Part shown: positions 26,110 through 38,773 of the stretch, piece by piece
Layout of the letters: each line of letters opens with the position of its first letter
Position numbering within the stretch: position 1 is the first letter of the stretch
NCBI GenBank assembly: GCA_012295275.1
Contig: CM022670.1
Location: 7,068,001-7,132,000 of the forward strand
Direction: 5' to 3'
DNA: 64,000 nt
From: Chrysomallon squamiferum
Taxonomy: Eukaryota; Animalia; Mollusca
Notes under the pieces: model-generated
What the model saw: only the letters and a program-made list of their open reading frames with translations
Told to the model about the DNA's origin: nothing
The model's database searches: none
Translations under genes and position numbers: made by a program

Positions 26110-29100
26110 CTAAAAATTAAAATAAAACAATTAATGAAAGCAAAAACATAATTTTTTTCAAACAGCAGTTATCTTCATTGTATTCTACTTCACCTATTTT
26201 CTGTACTCATTGATATTAATGCTTTCAAACGTACATTCTTGGGATAAAAACAATCCCTCTGGAGTATGATTATGTCATTTGTTCACTGTTATGGAATGGC
26301 AGAAAGTTTCATATGCAGATATTTTAAAGCAGGAATTCCGAGTTGAAATGACATTTTGGTTGCAGATCATTAGGTATTGAAATCTCAGCAGGTTGATGAG
26401 TTAAAATTTACCTGGTGTATGAGAAGTCTGTCATGTGAGTTGAGACTGGCTGGGAACTCAATCAGTTTGGAGTTTTCATCTTTTATAAAGTCTTTCAGAA
26501 TCTTTGTAAACTCTTCTTCCTTCTCAATGTCTCTTTTCTCTTGACTGTAATAAAATTTCTTTAACAACATCTTATTTTTGCATCACTGATTACTAAATTA
26601 ATTGCCATCACTTTTTTGTCCATTACAGTATTACAAGAAATCTTTTATATGAAACTGTGCAGAGAATAAAAACCATGTATGACAATCTTTGAATACATAG
26701 GTTACTTTCCACTGTGTGGAATGGAAAAAGATTCAGTGGCATGCTGGTAAACATTGGTCCATAAGTGATCACTATATTCATTCTAACTCAACAATTAATA
26801 TCAATGAACAGATAAATATGTTTCTTTCTTTCTTTTGGTTGTTTTGCAAGATAAAAAAATTTGATGCAAATCATAATCAATTTTATCTGTAACTAGCAAC
26901 AAATATTATCATATCTTACCTTATCTTAGAGAGGAAACACAAGTCACACCCTTTATTGTAGCATTTATGTCATATTGACTGAGATGGGAAATATGCCAGT
27001 GGGAAGGAACAGAGAGGAAAAGTGACTCTGTAAGCTCTCTCTTTTCAGATTAACATTCTAATTTACAAATCATTTCTGTAACTGTGAGAGTAGAAACGAA
27101 ATGATATATTTTAAAAATATATAAATCTCTACTGTTAAATTTAGAAATACCTTTCAACTGTAGTTTGATGAAGGTCTTTGCCTGTTTTGTTTTGTTGACC
27201 TGATTTGCCTTTGTCCGATTTTTCCCTCTTTTTTTTACTCTTTGACTTTGCAGAAAGTGCACTGTCTAACCGTTCTGGTCTTGTTCCAGTATGAACCACT
27301 TTTCCAGCTGAGAAGACACAAATATGTTTGGATAATAATTTTTAGCTTTATTTTAACATGCAGAGACAGAAAGACAGAAGGACAGATGAAAACTACATGT
27401 CATACCTGTTTGTATATCAAAATATTTTTATTATTGCTCTTGTCATAATCATCATCACTATTATTATTATCATTATCGTCATCATCATCTTTATATTCTT
27501 CACCATCATCATGTTCATCAACTCATCATCATCATCGTCACCATTACTATTACTCTTACTATTAAAATAATATAATTATTGTTTTATGATTAATACTCTT
27601 GATGGTGGTATTTGTTTTATATTATTATTGTTGTTGCTGTGGTTGTTGTTGTTGTTGTCCTTTTCATTCTGTTTTCACAAAATACTTTTCATTTTTCAAA
27701 TTCGACTCTTACACTGAATGTATTCCTGGGCTGACCAGACTTCTCCGTGCTCTGTGAAATACTCTATCAGAGTTTTGAGAAAGTTGTTGTGGCCGACAGT
27801 CTCAGCGTCACACACGATGGCAACGTGGCGTCTCGCTCTGGTTATAGCAACGTTGATTCTCCTGTTCTCAGCCAGGAAACCTACTTCTCCTACAGAATAA
27901 TCAATTAAAGAATAAAAATAAATGTTAAATACTAAGAAATGTTTAATATAATTTAAAAAAAAAATACTGTCTTAATTTTCTTTTTGTATTATGTCTTTTT
28001 TCTTCTTTTTAAAAATTAATTGTTTATTATTAATTTGTATTATTATTATTAGTGCTGTTGTTGTTGTTGTTGTTCTTACTATCATCATCATCATCATTAT
28101 TATTATTATTTTACATAACTGGGTTTTGATGACTTTGCATGATACCACAAATAAAACAGGTAAAAGACTGTTAGATTAGATAAAACAAAATTAAATAAAA
28201 ATAAATCAATAAATAAGGAAAGAAAGAAAGAAGATAAACAAACAAAACAAAATAAATCAAAAACCAATAAATTAATAATAAATTCATCCACCGAAGCAAA
28301 TTTCACAGAGTAGTTTACATACTTAAAAAAGAAAATAATTAAAAGAATGTGTTACCTTTCAGATTACTTCTAACAAAAGAAATAACAACTGCCTCTTTCT
28401 CTCGGCCCTGAAACCCGTCCACAGACTTGATCTCCAACGCTGGGAACTTTGCTGACAACCGAGACCTCAGAATATCCACCTGTAACAACACACAATCACT
28501 GTTACATCACTTAACATCAGATTTCTGTTACCTAGAAATGAAGGTTTTACAAAACACCAACACAGGTTATTTAGTTAACAAACATAATTACTCATAAAGT
28601 GTATTCTGATTATCCATCATACATTTTTTCATTGATAGCTGTATATTTTTTTGTTGTGTTATATTTTTCTCTGTGTATGTTATTTCTATATACTGAATGT
28701 TTTCATTAGTATATAAAATGTATTTTTTACCTGTAAGTTGTAAGGAGTGATGAGAGCAATGTCAGCTGGATTTAATCCACTTGAGATAAGTTTCTCTATG
28801 TGAGCAGTGACAATATCAGCTTCACCTGTCAAAAAACACATCAGTTTATTTATTAGATACACCAGCATTCACAATTTCATAAAAATACTGCATACATCAA
28901 AACATTCTTCAAGAACTTAAATCTAAGTTATCTATAAAATACCTTAGTTACCTATCCATTCTTCAGTGTCTTAAACCTAAGTTATCTGCACATTCTAAAA
29001 GACCTTGTACCTTAGTTATCAATACATTCGGAAAGTATCAACAGCAAAGTTTTCTGTACAGTTTCATCAATAGAATAGTGAAGTAATAGTAAAGTTTCAT

Positions 29101-32100
29101 ATATAATTTCATTTGTCCACTTCAGGTAACTGAACAGTCAGAAAGTGTCTTATATCTGTAATAATGTCAAATGTTTTTATGTTTGGTAGAATTTATCTGT
29201 ACTCTATGTGATATGTTTTGTCTGTATACTGTAATCTGTTACATATTTAATATCACAGTCACCTGACAACAGATATACAGTGTGTGTTTTTAATTACCTT
29301 CATTTCCTTTAGAGATCTCCTCAGGCAGGTCAAGTTCATAAAGGTCGCATCCAGTTGTATCAATGAGAAGAAGAGGACAGCTGGTTTCTTCACTCTCTTC
29401 TATGCCTGGAAGATCTCTGAAAGAAACAGTGAATGAATATATTTTACTTTATTTTAATGATTGCTACATGTCAAATGATTAATAATGATATTATGAGAAA
29501 GGAAACATTTCATCACTTTACTAGGGGTTGCTCCTACCAAACAGAACTGTGGTAAAAAAAAAAAAAAAAAAAAATAAATACACATTAGGAATTGATTGTA
29601 ATATCTAACAACTTCAAGATCAAATATCAGTATTATGTTTGTGTACTGTAGCTGGGTTTTTTAAAGAGGTGAATTATGTGAAGATATGACTTTTGTGTAT
29701 TTATCTTCAAGATGTTTTGCAATAACAAAGGTGGTCTTGATGAGCATGTTATGTGAGTGTATAAAAAGATGGTTCATATAATAAAGTAATTGTGTATTAC
29801 ACAGCAGGCTTATTTAAGAGGGTGAATAATAGTGATAACAAAAGCGGTCTTGATGATTAGACGATTTCAGGGTCTAAGAAAGAAAGTTTACTTGACAAGG
29901 AGACTCTATATTATACAGCAGATTTACTTAACAAGATAAATAAAGGCTGTAACAAAATTTATATGGTTTCTGGGTATAAGAAAGAAGGATTACATGATAA
30001 GATGAATGTAATTTATACAGACCCAACAACAAAAAAGTATTTATTTACTTAAGAAGGTGATCCCTCACAGATTTGTGTGCTACAAGTTTTCCTTCATACA
30101 ACTGGTCTGACGACCACTGCATGATGGCAGCATTCATCCTGTACTGGGTCGTCAACATCCTGACAACATCACTGCTGCTGTTCTTGAGAATTCTCTCCAT
30201 CAGCGTCACTTCCAGTCCATTCTTAGCAGCTCTGATTAGAAAACAAGAAGAAACTCAACATAATTTATCATTAATAATTATTTACATCAGGGGATACAGA
30301 AACAACCAGGAAGTGAAGAGTATAACCTTCATAAGCTAGTTTAAAGAATAAGAATGCTCACGAGTAAGACAGTAAAATGGTTTAACTGAAGTTTTTAACT
30401 GAGAGATTTTGTTGTTGACTTCAACTTACTCATGTGAGAGAATTGTTGGAGGGAGTTGATGATGATCTCCAGCTAGAACACATCGCGGAACTCTGGATAA
30501 ACCAATCCAACAAGCTGCTTCCAAAGCCTACAAATACAAAAACCTTTCACTAATTATCTGACATCAGACATCACACACACATACACACATACCCACATGT
30601 ACTGCAATAAATTAATTGTATCTCACATCATGTACAACAAATTTTTTTCCTCTCACCTTAGTTCATCACCATAGACCCCTTAAATATATATATAAATATT
30701 TTAAAGCAAAAATAAGCTACTATTTTAGCCCAAAACATATTAGTTAAATTAAACACAATTTATTTCATTCTGTTCTATGTAAAAATAATTAACTGAAATA
30801 ACAAAAACAGAGGCATTCACTATCATCACTTTTAGGAAAAATTCATACATTCTCTGTTGCTAACATTAAAATCCAGAAACATTCTTGCTATCGATTTTAT
30901 GGCAGAATTTGCAAACATCCACCATCTGATTAAAGAAAATGAATTTTTTAATTATTAAGCTTTAACTTTGATCACATGACAGAGATCACAGTTTTTACCT
31001 GTGAACATTCGTCTATGACACCCAGATCAAAGTGATCTTCATCAAGAAACTTGAGTGGTCCCTCCCTGGATGCGCTGGTCAGAGTGACCAACACAACATC
31101 AGCACGTTTCAGAATCTCTGTGATTGCTGCTTTCTCTCTCTGAACCAGCTCGCGTCGCAGATGTTTGATGTCATCACGCAGTCCCTGCTTCTCTCCCTTG
31201 CTTCTTGTCCGCTTCATTTTGTTCTAATACAAAATAAAACTAAATTTTTATTATTACAAAAATATTTAAAATAAATATATTTAAGATGACATATACAAAC
31301 CAAAAATATGAAGTGCATTATAAGAATTATAAATGTTGGCCCAGAAATCCTAGAATTAAAAAGCAAGTCTTTAGCCATGACTAAATGGATAAATTTTAAT
31401 ATATCTTCTAACACACACACAAACATATACACACAGACACACATACAAACATTCAAACATACACATACATACACACATAAATCTAACATACAAAAGCTTC
31501 ATCTAGGTCTTTTCTGACATCCTGAACCAGTTTGGTTTCATCACTTCTGGACACGATGGCGTCCAGGGCAAATTTCTGTATGTGAGGCAGGACGCGGGCT
31601 GGGTGACCAATTCGGACTATCTTCTGAAGATTAGCAGACAGTTTCTCTACCAGGTTGTCAACGGCAACATTCGATGGTGCACAGGCAAGAACCTGAAAGT
31701 ATTATTGTAATTTGATTAGACGCTTTATTTCATGTAAATAAATATATATAAAGAAATATATAACGGTAAAAATCTACTTTAGTTTTTCAGTGGAAAATTT
31801 TAAATCATAAATAAGAACTTACTAATCAAAAACATAAAAATATAATTTGGGAATATTAATGTACTGCTGAAGTTATGTGTGCCATTTAAAGCAAGGGAAA
31901 CAACCCAACGTGAAATGATAAGTTAAAAAGAAAAAGCTTGAAAAGACTGAGGCAACAAACACCATATGTAAACAGTCCAAAAATAATTATATTGATGCTG
32001 TTATCACGACACAGTTGACTATGCAGTATGTTTAACTTCACATTATAACAAGATCAAAACAATATCAAGTGACATACTTTGAGTCCCCTGTTTACAGTCT

Positions 32101-34023
32101 GTAGGATAACTTCCACCACTGTGGTTGTTTTCCCAGTGCCTGGAGGTCCATGGATCACTGCAACTTCTCTCTGTCGCAGAGCAAACCTCACTGCTTCCTT
32201 CTGTGAGTCATCAAGACTTTCATTTACAAACTGGACTTCTGAAAGCATAAAAAATACAAAGTATATTAAATGTCCCTGTACAAGAAATAAAAATCACAAG
32301 TAATAACGTTAAATTAATATATATTTGTATTGGTTGCTACTAAAACAAAATTGAATTATTTCAAATTATAGCAATTCAGTCATGTAAAGGACTTCTGTTT
32401 GCTTTTTTTGCATAGTTTCAGGAATTTGAGAATGTTAAAGAACACTAAAATAAATTCAGAAAGATAAGTAATTTTTATGGGAAATAAAAATGCTGTGAAA
32501 TGTCAAATCAATTATAATAATAATAATTTTCTTTTTTAACCTGTTTCTTTAGTAGGAGGAGAAAACTCTGATGAATCAAAGAGGACATTAATGAGAGACT
32601 GACATGGTCCATGAGAATATCTGTTGAGATCTTTTAAAGCTCTGAAACAGAAAACATGAAAAGAGATAGTAAATTAATATTAATAAGCACCTTCCTGTGC
32701 GATTACCAATAATTTATCTTTTAAATACTTTCCCAGAAAATGTAATAGGCAAACAAACAGCAAGAGCCTGTAGCCATACACAAGAACTTCTGTGAAGAAT
32801 AACAAGTCCAGGAAAACAACCAAAGTCAGACTGAACATGCAACTTATCACACCACAGACAAAAGTTTAAAATCTGATATTTCTGTAAGTAAAAGAGAAAG
32901 TAAAGAAAAGCCATACTGATCTTAGGACAGAAAAGAAAAATCTCCAAAGGATGAAGTTGTAAGATATAAATTTTAAAGTAAACCTTTTAAAAATATCAAA
33001 AAATTATTTGATAGTTATTTTAATTTGACAAACTTTAAGATATTTATTATGAATCATCAAACTAATTTTGTTTTAAAATTAATGTACACATGTAATAGTT
33101 AATTTAAAAAAAAAATATATATATATATATATTTATATGTTTTTCTCAATATTTATTCATCCTGCAAAGATATGTAAAAAGAAAGACATAAATAAATTAT
33201 GTTGTTACTTTTTCAGTCTCCTGTATGTGACGTTGTTTGCTAACTTGGTGATTTTGTACAGACTGTCATCGTCCCAGGAGAACACATCATCACCCTCCTC
33301 AAATGCAACAGTGACAGATGTCTGTGTGACCTTTGACACTATCCCAGATGCCAAATTTTGTTGATTTTCTCCTTGTGACAATGCAAAACCCACAATGTCA
33401 CCTGTGTAAATTAATTTAATGAGTTGAAAACTTCTTTAATGTGAAATGTAATACTTTTAACAAATTAATACTGAGTATTTTAAAAATATAATGACAAATA
33501 GAAATTATAATAAAAAGAATAATAATGACAACCATAACATCAACACTATGTCCAGGTAATTAAATAAATTAATTCATTATTACTGCTAAATATAAAAATA
33601 ATTAATTTTATCTGCAACAATAATAATAATAAATATTTTTTATCTTATTTTTGTAAATTATAAATTTAAATTTTTATTTTAATATAGGTTTTTTTTTTAC
33701 TCATTATTTATTTGTCCCTATACAGTAATACTGTTCTTAAAAATATTATAATAGAAAGAAAAAACAAAGTACACTTCTAAACTTCTAAGTGAGTTTAGGT
33801 GAGATGTTACCTGGAGTAAAGCTGTGTGAAGGTAAGTCATTACCAGGCCAATAGGGTTGAAGTGTTACTAAAATTCTGCCATATAGTCCTGACCTACGTT
33901 CTGCTAATCTGAGCTTCAACAAACACACACCTCGCTTCTGTAGTTCTTTTGCTGGAAGTTTATCAGTTAGCACTCTAAAACAGAAATACAAATTGTGTTT
34001 AATTTTATTAATTAATGAGGAAA

Positions 34024-34061
<38 letters not shown>

Positions 34062-34373
34062 ATAATAATAAGAATAATAATAATAATGTATGGATGTCTT
34101 GCCGGATAGGTTGTTTATAAATGTGCGCATTTCTGTATCTACAATATCTAAAAAAACGGCAAAGGCATGAAGAAGCCTTAGAAATTAAGGGAATTAACTG
34201 AGAAACAATTATCATTATTATGAATTAATATCGAAAACGAAGGTAAAACAAAATCACGAGTTTTAGAATGATTTGAAATTAACATGTTAATTATACTTTG
34301 CTTCTTCGACTTCTGACTGTCTTTCTTTTTCAAGAAGATGTAAGGTTTTCTCAACAAATTTTTCAAGATTCAT
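25248..34373 (-). CDS. IGHMBP2: DNA-binding protein SMUBP-2 / IGHMBP2 (Upf1-like SF1 helicase, R3H domain, AN1 zinc finger); frame break near 26023-26035
   Basis: Exons 34373-34297, 33974-33811, 33401-33209, 32641-32541, 32238-32078, 31692-31492, 31223-30999, 30527-30430, 30231-30049, 29416-29298, 28825-28731, 28479-28356, 27889-27713, 27307-27151, 26544-26412, then 26109-25248. The first 15 exons are phase-consistent (2208 nt). Motifs: [68 protein letters not shown]; R3[16 protein letters not shown]; AN1 [20 protein letters not shown]. Confidence 0.95.
26412..26544 (-). CDS. IGHMBP2: IGHMBP2 exon 15 (first part of R3H)
   Basis: [17 protein letters not shown]; donor CAG|gtaaat, phase 0. Confidence 0.9.
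27151..27307 (-). CDS. IGHMBP2: IGHMBP2 exon 14 (basic linker)
   Basis: Open frame with phase 1 and 2 boundaries fitting the neighbours; low-complexity and K-rich, so homology support is weak. Confidence 0.75.
27713..27889 (-). CDS. IGHMBP2: IGHMBP2 exon 13
   Basis: [28 protein letters not shown]. Confidence 0.94.
28356..28479 (-). CDS. IGHMBP2: IGHMBP2 exon 12
   Basis: [25 protein letters not shown]. Confidence 0.94.
28731..28825 (-). CDS. IGHMBP2: IGHMBP2 exon 11
   Basis: [17 protein letters not shown]...[11 protein letters not shown]. Confidence 0.93.
29298..29416 (-). CDS. IGHMBP2: IGHMBP2 exon 10
   Basis: [23 protein letters not shown]...SKGNE. Confidence 0.92.
30049..30231 (-). CDS. 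IGHMBP2: IGHMBP2 exon 9
   Basis: [10 protein letters not shown]...[25 protein letters not shown]. Confidence 0.93.
30430..30527 (-). CDS. IGHMBP2: IGHMBP2 exon 8
   Basis: [32 protein letters not shown]. Confidence 0.93.
30999..31223 (-). CDS. IGHMBP2: IGHMBP2 exon 7 (Walker B)
   Basis: [11 protein letters not shown]...[11 protein letters not shown]. Confidence 0.94.
31492..31692 (-). CDS. IGHMBP2: IGHMBP2 exon 6
   Basis: [18 protein letters not shown]...RIGHPARVL. Confidence 0.94.
32078..32238 (-). CDS. IGHMBP2: IGHMBP2 exon 5 (Q motif, Walker A)
   Basis: LDDSQKEAV...[17 protein letters not shown]. Confidence 0.95.
32541..32641 (-). CDS. IGHMBP2: IGHMBP2 exon 4
   Basis: [33 protein letters not shown]; phases 2 and 1 fit the neighbouring exons. 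Confidence 0.88.
33209..33401 (-). CDS. IGHMBP2: IGHMBP2 exon 3
   Basis: GDIVGF...[12 protein letters not shown]. Confidence 0.92.
33811..33974 (-). CDS. IGHMBP2: IGHMBP2 exon 2
   Basis: [21 protein letters not shown]...SGLYGR...LPSHSFTP; AG/GT boundaries in phase. Confidence 0.92.
34297..34373 (-). CDS. IGHMBP2: IGHMBP2 exon 1
   Basis: [25 protein letters not shown] resembles the IGHMBP2 N-terminus; donor AA|gtataa. Not the frame shown in the ORF track. Confidence 0.88.
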
Positions 34374-34711
34374 AATTATTAGTTTCAGTAAATAGTTCCC
34401 TAGTCGTGGAGGCTGACATATTGGGAAGAAAGATAACTCTAAAGTACAGACAACTCGCATAAAACCCCGGCGAAATTACTAGCAGCGTTGTTAAATAATT
34501 TCGAAAGACTAAAAAATTAAAATTAAAATTAAAAAAAATTAATAAAATAAAATAAATAAAATAAAATAAAATAAAATAAAAAAAAAAAAAGAAGAAATAA
34601 ATAAAACGAAAATAGTACTCGAGGAGAAAAAAAAATCAAAAATCAAATTTTAAAGAAATGACAGTAACCTCCCAAGAAAAGAAAAAATCATTAATAACAA
34701 ATGTAAAAAAT

Positions 34712-34749
<38 letters not shown>

Positions 34750-37700
34750 AGAGCCTCTTACATATATATATATATATGTACTTCTTAACTTCTTAAATTT
34801 CAGGGGGGGCTGACCGGACGTCTTGGAGTCCCTTCTAGATCCACCCCACTTCATTTTCCTATATTTTAATGTAACTGCATTTACATTAATGTACAAAATA
34901 AACCAAACTCGAATAAAAAATATAATAATAATAAAAAAAAAGGTGTTGTGATATCGAAATAAAATTTTAGAAACAAATAAATAAAAATAACATGAAAATA
35001 ACATTTTAAAAATAAAAATAATTTTTAAAAACTCTAAAGGATGCAGACAGAAAATAATCTTTTAAAAAGTAATTAATATTAAGTAAAATGAAAGTAAAAT
35101 AAGAAAAAGGCTGAAATCAGATTTCAAGATGAAAATATCACTAATTTGAATAAATAACAGCGAAAAAAAAAATTAAAACAGTAAAATCCTTGATTTTTTT
35201 TAAAAATCATGAATGTTTTGCTCCATGTTTCATTGTTGTATTCTGCATGTGGAGAAAATCTTTACCGTCATTTCTGTGCAAATACTGAAGGTTACAACAA
35301 TTACTCTCAAATCAGTGTAAAATGTGTATCAGATAGCATGTTCGTATGATTGGATATTATCGGTGGATACGTTTGGCCCGCATTTGTAAGTGCAAAACTG
35401 GCAAACGACCATACCGATTTGTTTTTTGAGTTCTGCAGCGGAAATACAGTGCGAAATATTTAAAACGGTGATCCGAGAACTAGATCTAAGTATCGATAAC
35501 ATACAGGAAATGGAACATTGATAATGCACTGAATATACCTTTCCTGCCTGAAATATAATATATTTATTATGGAAAATGTTAGCAGGTGTGTTGCTTTAGA
35601 AAAATAAAAAGTAAAGAACACACTTTTCGAACTGACGTAAGCCGACTACCTTCTGTTAGATAATAACTAACAACATGCAATGGCATTTAAGACAACTGTT
35701 TTCGAATTCAGTTTAAAACATGCAAGCTTGAACACTCAGAACTGACTGAGCTTTTGCAGTTGTTTATGGAAAACAGTTGGCGGATTCTAAATTTTGAAAA
35801 AGGGAGTTCTTCATCGTAATAATAATAAAAATAAAAATAATTTACTTTTATTGCCAACAGCAGCAGCAACAACAAAGAACTCTTAAGTGAATAATTTGTT
35901 TTCGAGTTATTAAGTGATTTCTGTAATATCAGCTGATCGGCAATTTTTATCATAACTCAAAGCAGTGACGTAAACATTGAGTTATATCAAACTGATTACA
36001 GTTAACATTACCATTAACCATGAATATCCTTTGCCTAGCGAATATTGTAGGTGGAGAAAAGTGAATCAAAATGAAGAAGGGATGACACCTGCTGTTTGGA
36101 TTGGACATAATTTTATAAATCATACAGTCTAAGCAATCTTTAATTATTATTAAATATTTCTGATTATTATTATTATTATTTTTTTTTTTTTTTTTTAATT
36201 TCACTTCATTTATCAATTAATTTTTATCATAATTGCACAATATATTTTGACTCGATAAATATTAATTTTCATATTTGAATTAAATTAATTTCATATATGA
36301 ATCATAGATTGCTCAATCACATTACTTTCTCCTTTTTACCCGAAAACAGTTTGAGATGTGCAATCCCCGAAACATTTGAATTTAGGAACTTGAGAAAATT
36401 ATAGACTGGTTTATATCAGAAACAGATTCGATGTTTTTATCTAGATTAAGCTTCTTCACTTCTCCTTTTTCACGCCTCACCTAAAAGTGGTAGAACATTA
36501 AGAAATGTTGTCAACCCTTTTGAAACACTGGATGTGTCTCTCCCAGAATGGTGCCCATGACGACGACAGGCATTACCAGTGAACCAATGGTAACTTGTAA
36601 GATAAGTTTGGCGTGTGTACCATTGCACGAATGCCGATTTAATTGGGCGAGAAGTGATATCATTACCAAAAATACCACACCAGACTATGTTCAGACTTCT
36701 CCACTTCATTCATTCGGTAACGAACCAGACGTACTAGAAATGTGTGTTATCTCGCAAACAAACTTACCTTTAAGTTTATTTTCAGACTTTTTAAGATAAA
36801 GGATTGTATCACGATGGACTGATGCATGATTAAAATTATTCTGATGAAGACGACGACTTTAGGGTAAAAAAAACACACACACACACACACATCCAACAAA
36901 ACAGAAACAAAAATAAAAAAAAAATAAAAAATAAAAAAAATACCGGAAATATATACGTATAATTACTTTGTATAAAAAGGTTATCGTAAACGATGTTACT
37001 ACGTCAGTAGGGCTTTCTCACAGATATCATTTCTTAAAGTTTCTGCGCATGAACTTGTAAACTGCGCAGTAAACAAAGTTGTTGTCTTCATTTATTAATT
37101 TACAAAATAATTCGGCAGCAGCAAACGATAATTATTAAAATGAGTTTGGGAATTAGTTACATAAAAGCAACAATGATAATGATGATTATTATTAAATAAT
37201 AATAATAATAATAATAATAATAAAGAAATTATTAATCATAACATTTTTTTTTTTTTTTTTAAATTAACAATTCAAGAACCTCTTATAAAACTTAATATCA
37301 AATATACATCAGTGTTTTAATTTAGCTGTGGGCAATAATTTACGCTAACAAGTGAATAAAATATCAATAAAATTGTGTTATCTTATCCAGTGTTTTTTTT
37401 ATTATTATTATTTCAAAGAAAAAAGCAGCAGCAAACAAATATATAAACAAATTATCCATAGTTTTATTCACAAATGTTTTGTTTGTTTGTTTGTTTGTTT
37501 TCCACCCAGCTATTAGAATATAGATACACCTCATAAAATAGTTTGAATTTAAAGACGAATTTGACATTTCTATTTCATGATAACTAATTTCTTTGTATAT
37601 GTCTAGTTATTTAGTTTTCTTATTTTATTTCTTCTTCTTCTTATTATTATTTTTCTAATTTTATTTCATTTTTTTTATTATGTTTTTATCATTGTGTTTC

Positions 37701-38705
37701 TCCGGTTCTTTCTTTCTTTTTTTTTTTTTTTTTTTTTTTTCCCCCAGGTAATTCACGTATATTTTTGGCGCATGGTGAGACGCCAGCTCGTAAAATATAC
37801 CTCTAGCACTTGAACGGATAATACCCATATTTTTCTGAGTAATTTCTGCGACCCATCCTTTACTGATAATAAAGTATTAAAAACGAGAAGTCCGATAATT
37901 TCTTTTTCTTTTTAACCCCCCCCCACACAAAACAACATGTTTTTGTTAGTTATTTTCATCAGGAAATAGATAACTATTTTTATACATGAAAAAATGCAGC
38001 TTATGAATCGTATGTCCAAATGTATTAGCAAAGGTTGAGATTCCAAAACAAATCATTTGGAAATATGCAGCTGTAAGACAATTTAATAATCTATAATAGT
38101 AGATTAATCATCTTTTGTTTCCACGTTTATTTTACATGTAATGGGTTTTAGAGAATGCAGATTTCATTCAACAGAATTCAGCATTTCAAAAAAATATTAT
38201 ATTTCAAAGTTTGTATATCAAGATAAATTGGATACTTTTTGTCACATTAACTGCTGTATTATTAATGTTAAAACAAATTTTAACTTAAATAGTGTAACAG
38301 TAAGTAGAATAACCCTTCACACAACAAATAAGAAGAAAGGTTCTGTTTCTAAGATTACCTAGAGGTGACCAACAAAAGTTCTGAATAACAAAAAAAAATT
38401 AAAAAAAAAAATTCTGAATGCTTTTTAAAATTCTCATACATTCTTTTTTTCCTGGAAAATAATCATTTCTCACTGTCACAGACTTTTTCTGATCTGACTC
38501 GTACAAAGACATAATTCCGTCTTTTAATTTTCCAATCAAAAATTTAACTTTTATGCATATCTAAACTAGGGAATTTGTTTTCATTAAAAACTTCAGAAAA
38601 ATCCATGTACTTTTTCTTTTTATTTGCATCATGACACAAAAATCTATAAACAAGCAAACATCACTGACAAAAATGGATGGGGGACAAGTGATAAGTTTAT
38701 AAAAG

Positions 38706-38773
38706 TCATAAAAGATTCAATCGTTTTTCCATGAGAACATGAGGCTGGCCGACCTTCTCACAGTCTGCAGGAT
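38706..38773 (-). CDS. POMP: POMP exon 6
   Basis: DPADCEKVGQPHVLMEKRLNLL*. Confidence 0.92.

Noticed and set aside
25320-32303. Plus-strand ORFs overlapping IGHMBP2 exons (for example 25320-25709, 27718-27900, 30073-30339, 32079-32303)
   Set aside because: Antisense shadows of real minus-strand exons.
34178-34366. ORF-track protein MKNLLRKP...
   Set aside because: Wrong frame; true IGHMBP2 exon 1 starts at ATG 34373.
34795-34850. GC-rich patch ending ctagatccacccc upstream of IGHMBP2
   Set aside because: It resembles the end of a small non-autonomous element, but no partner inverted repeat or target-site duplication was found.
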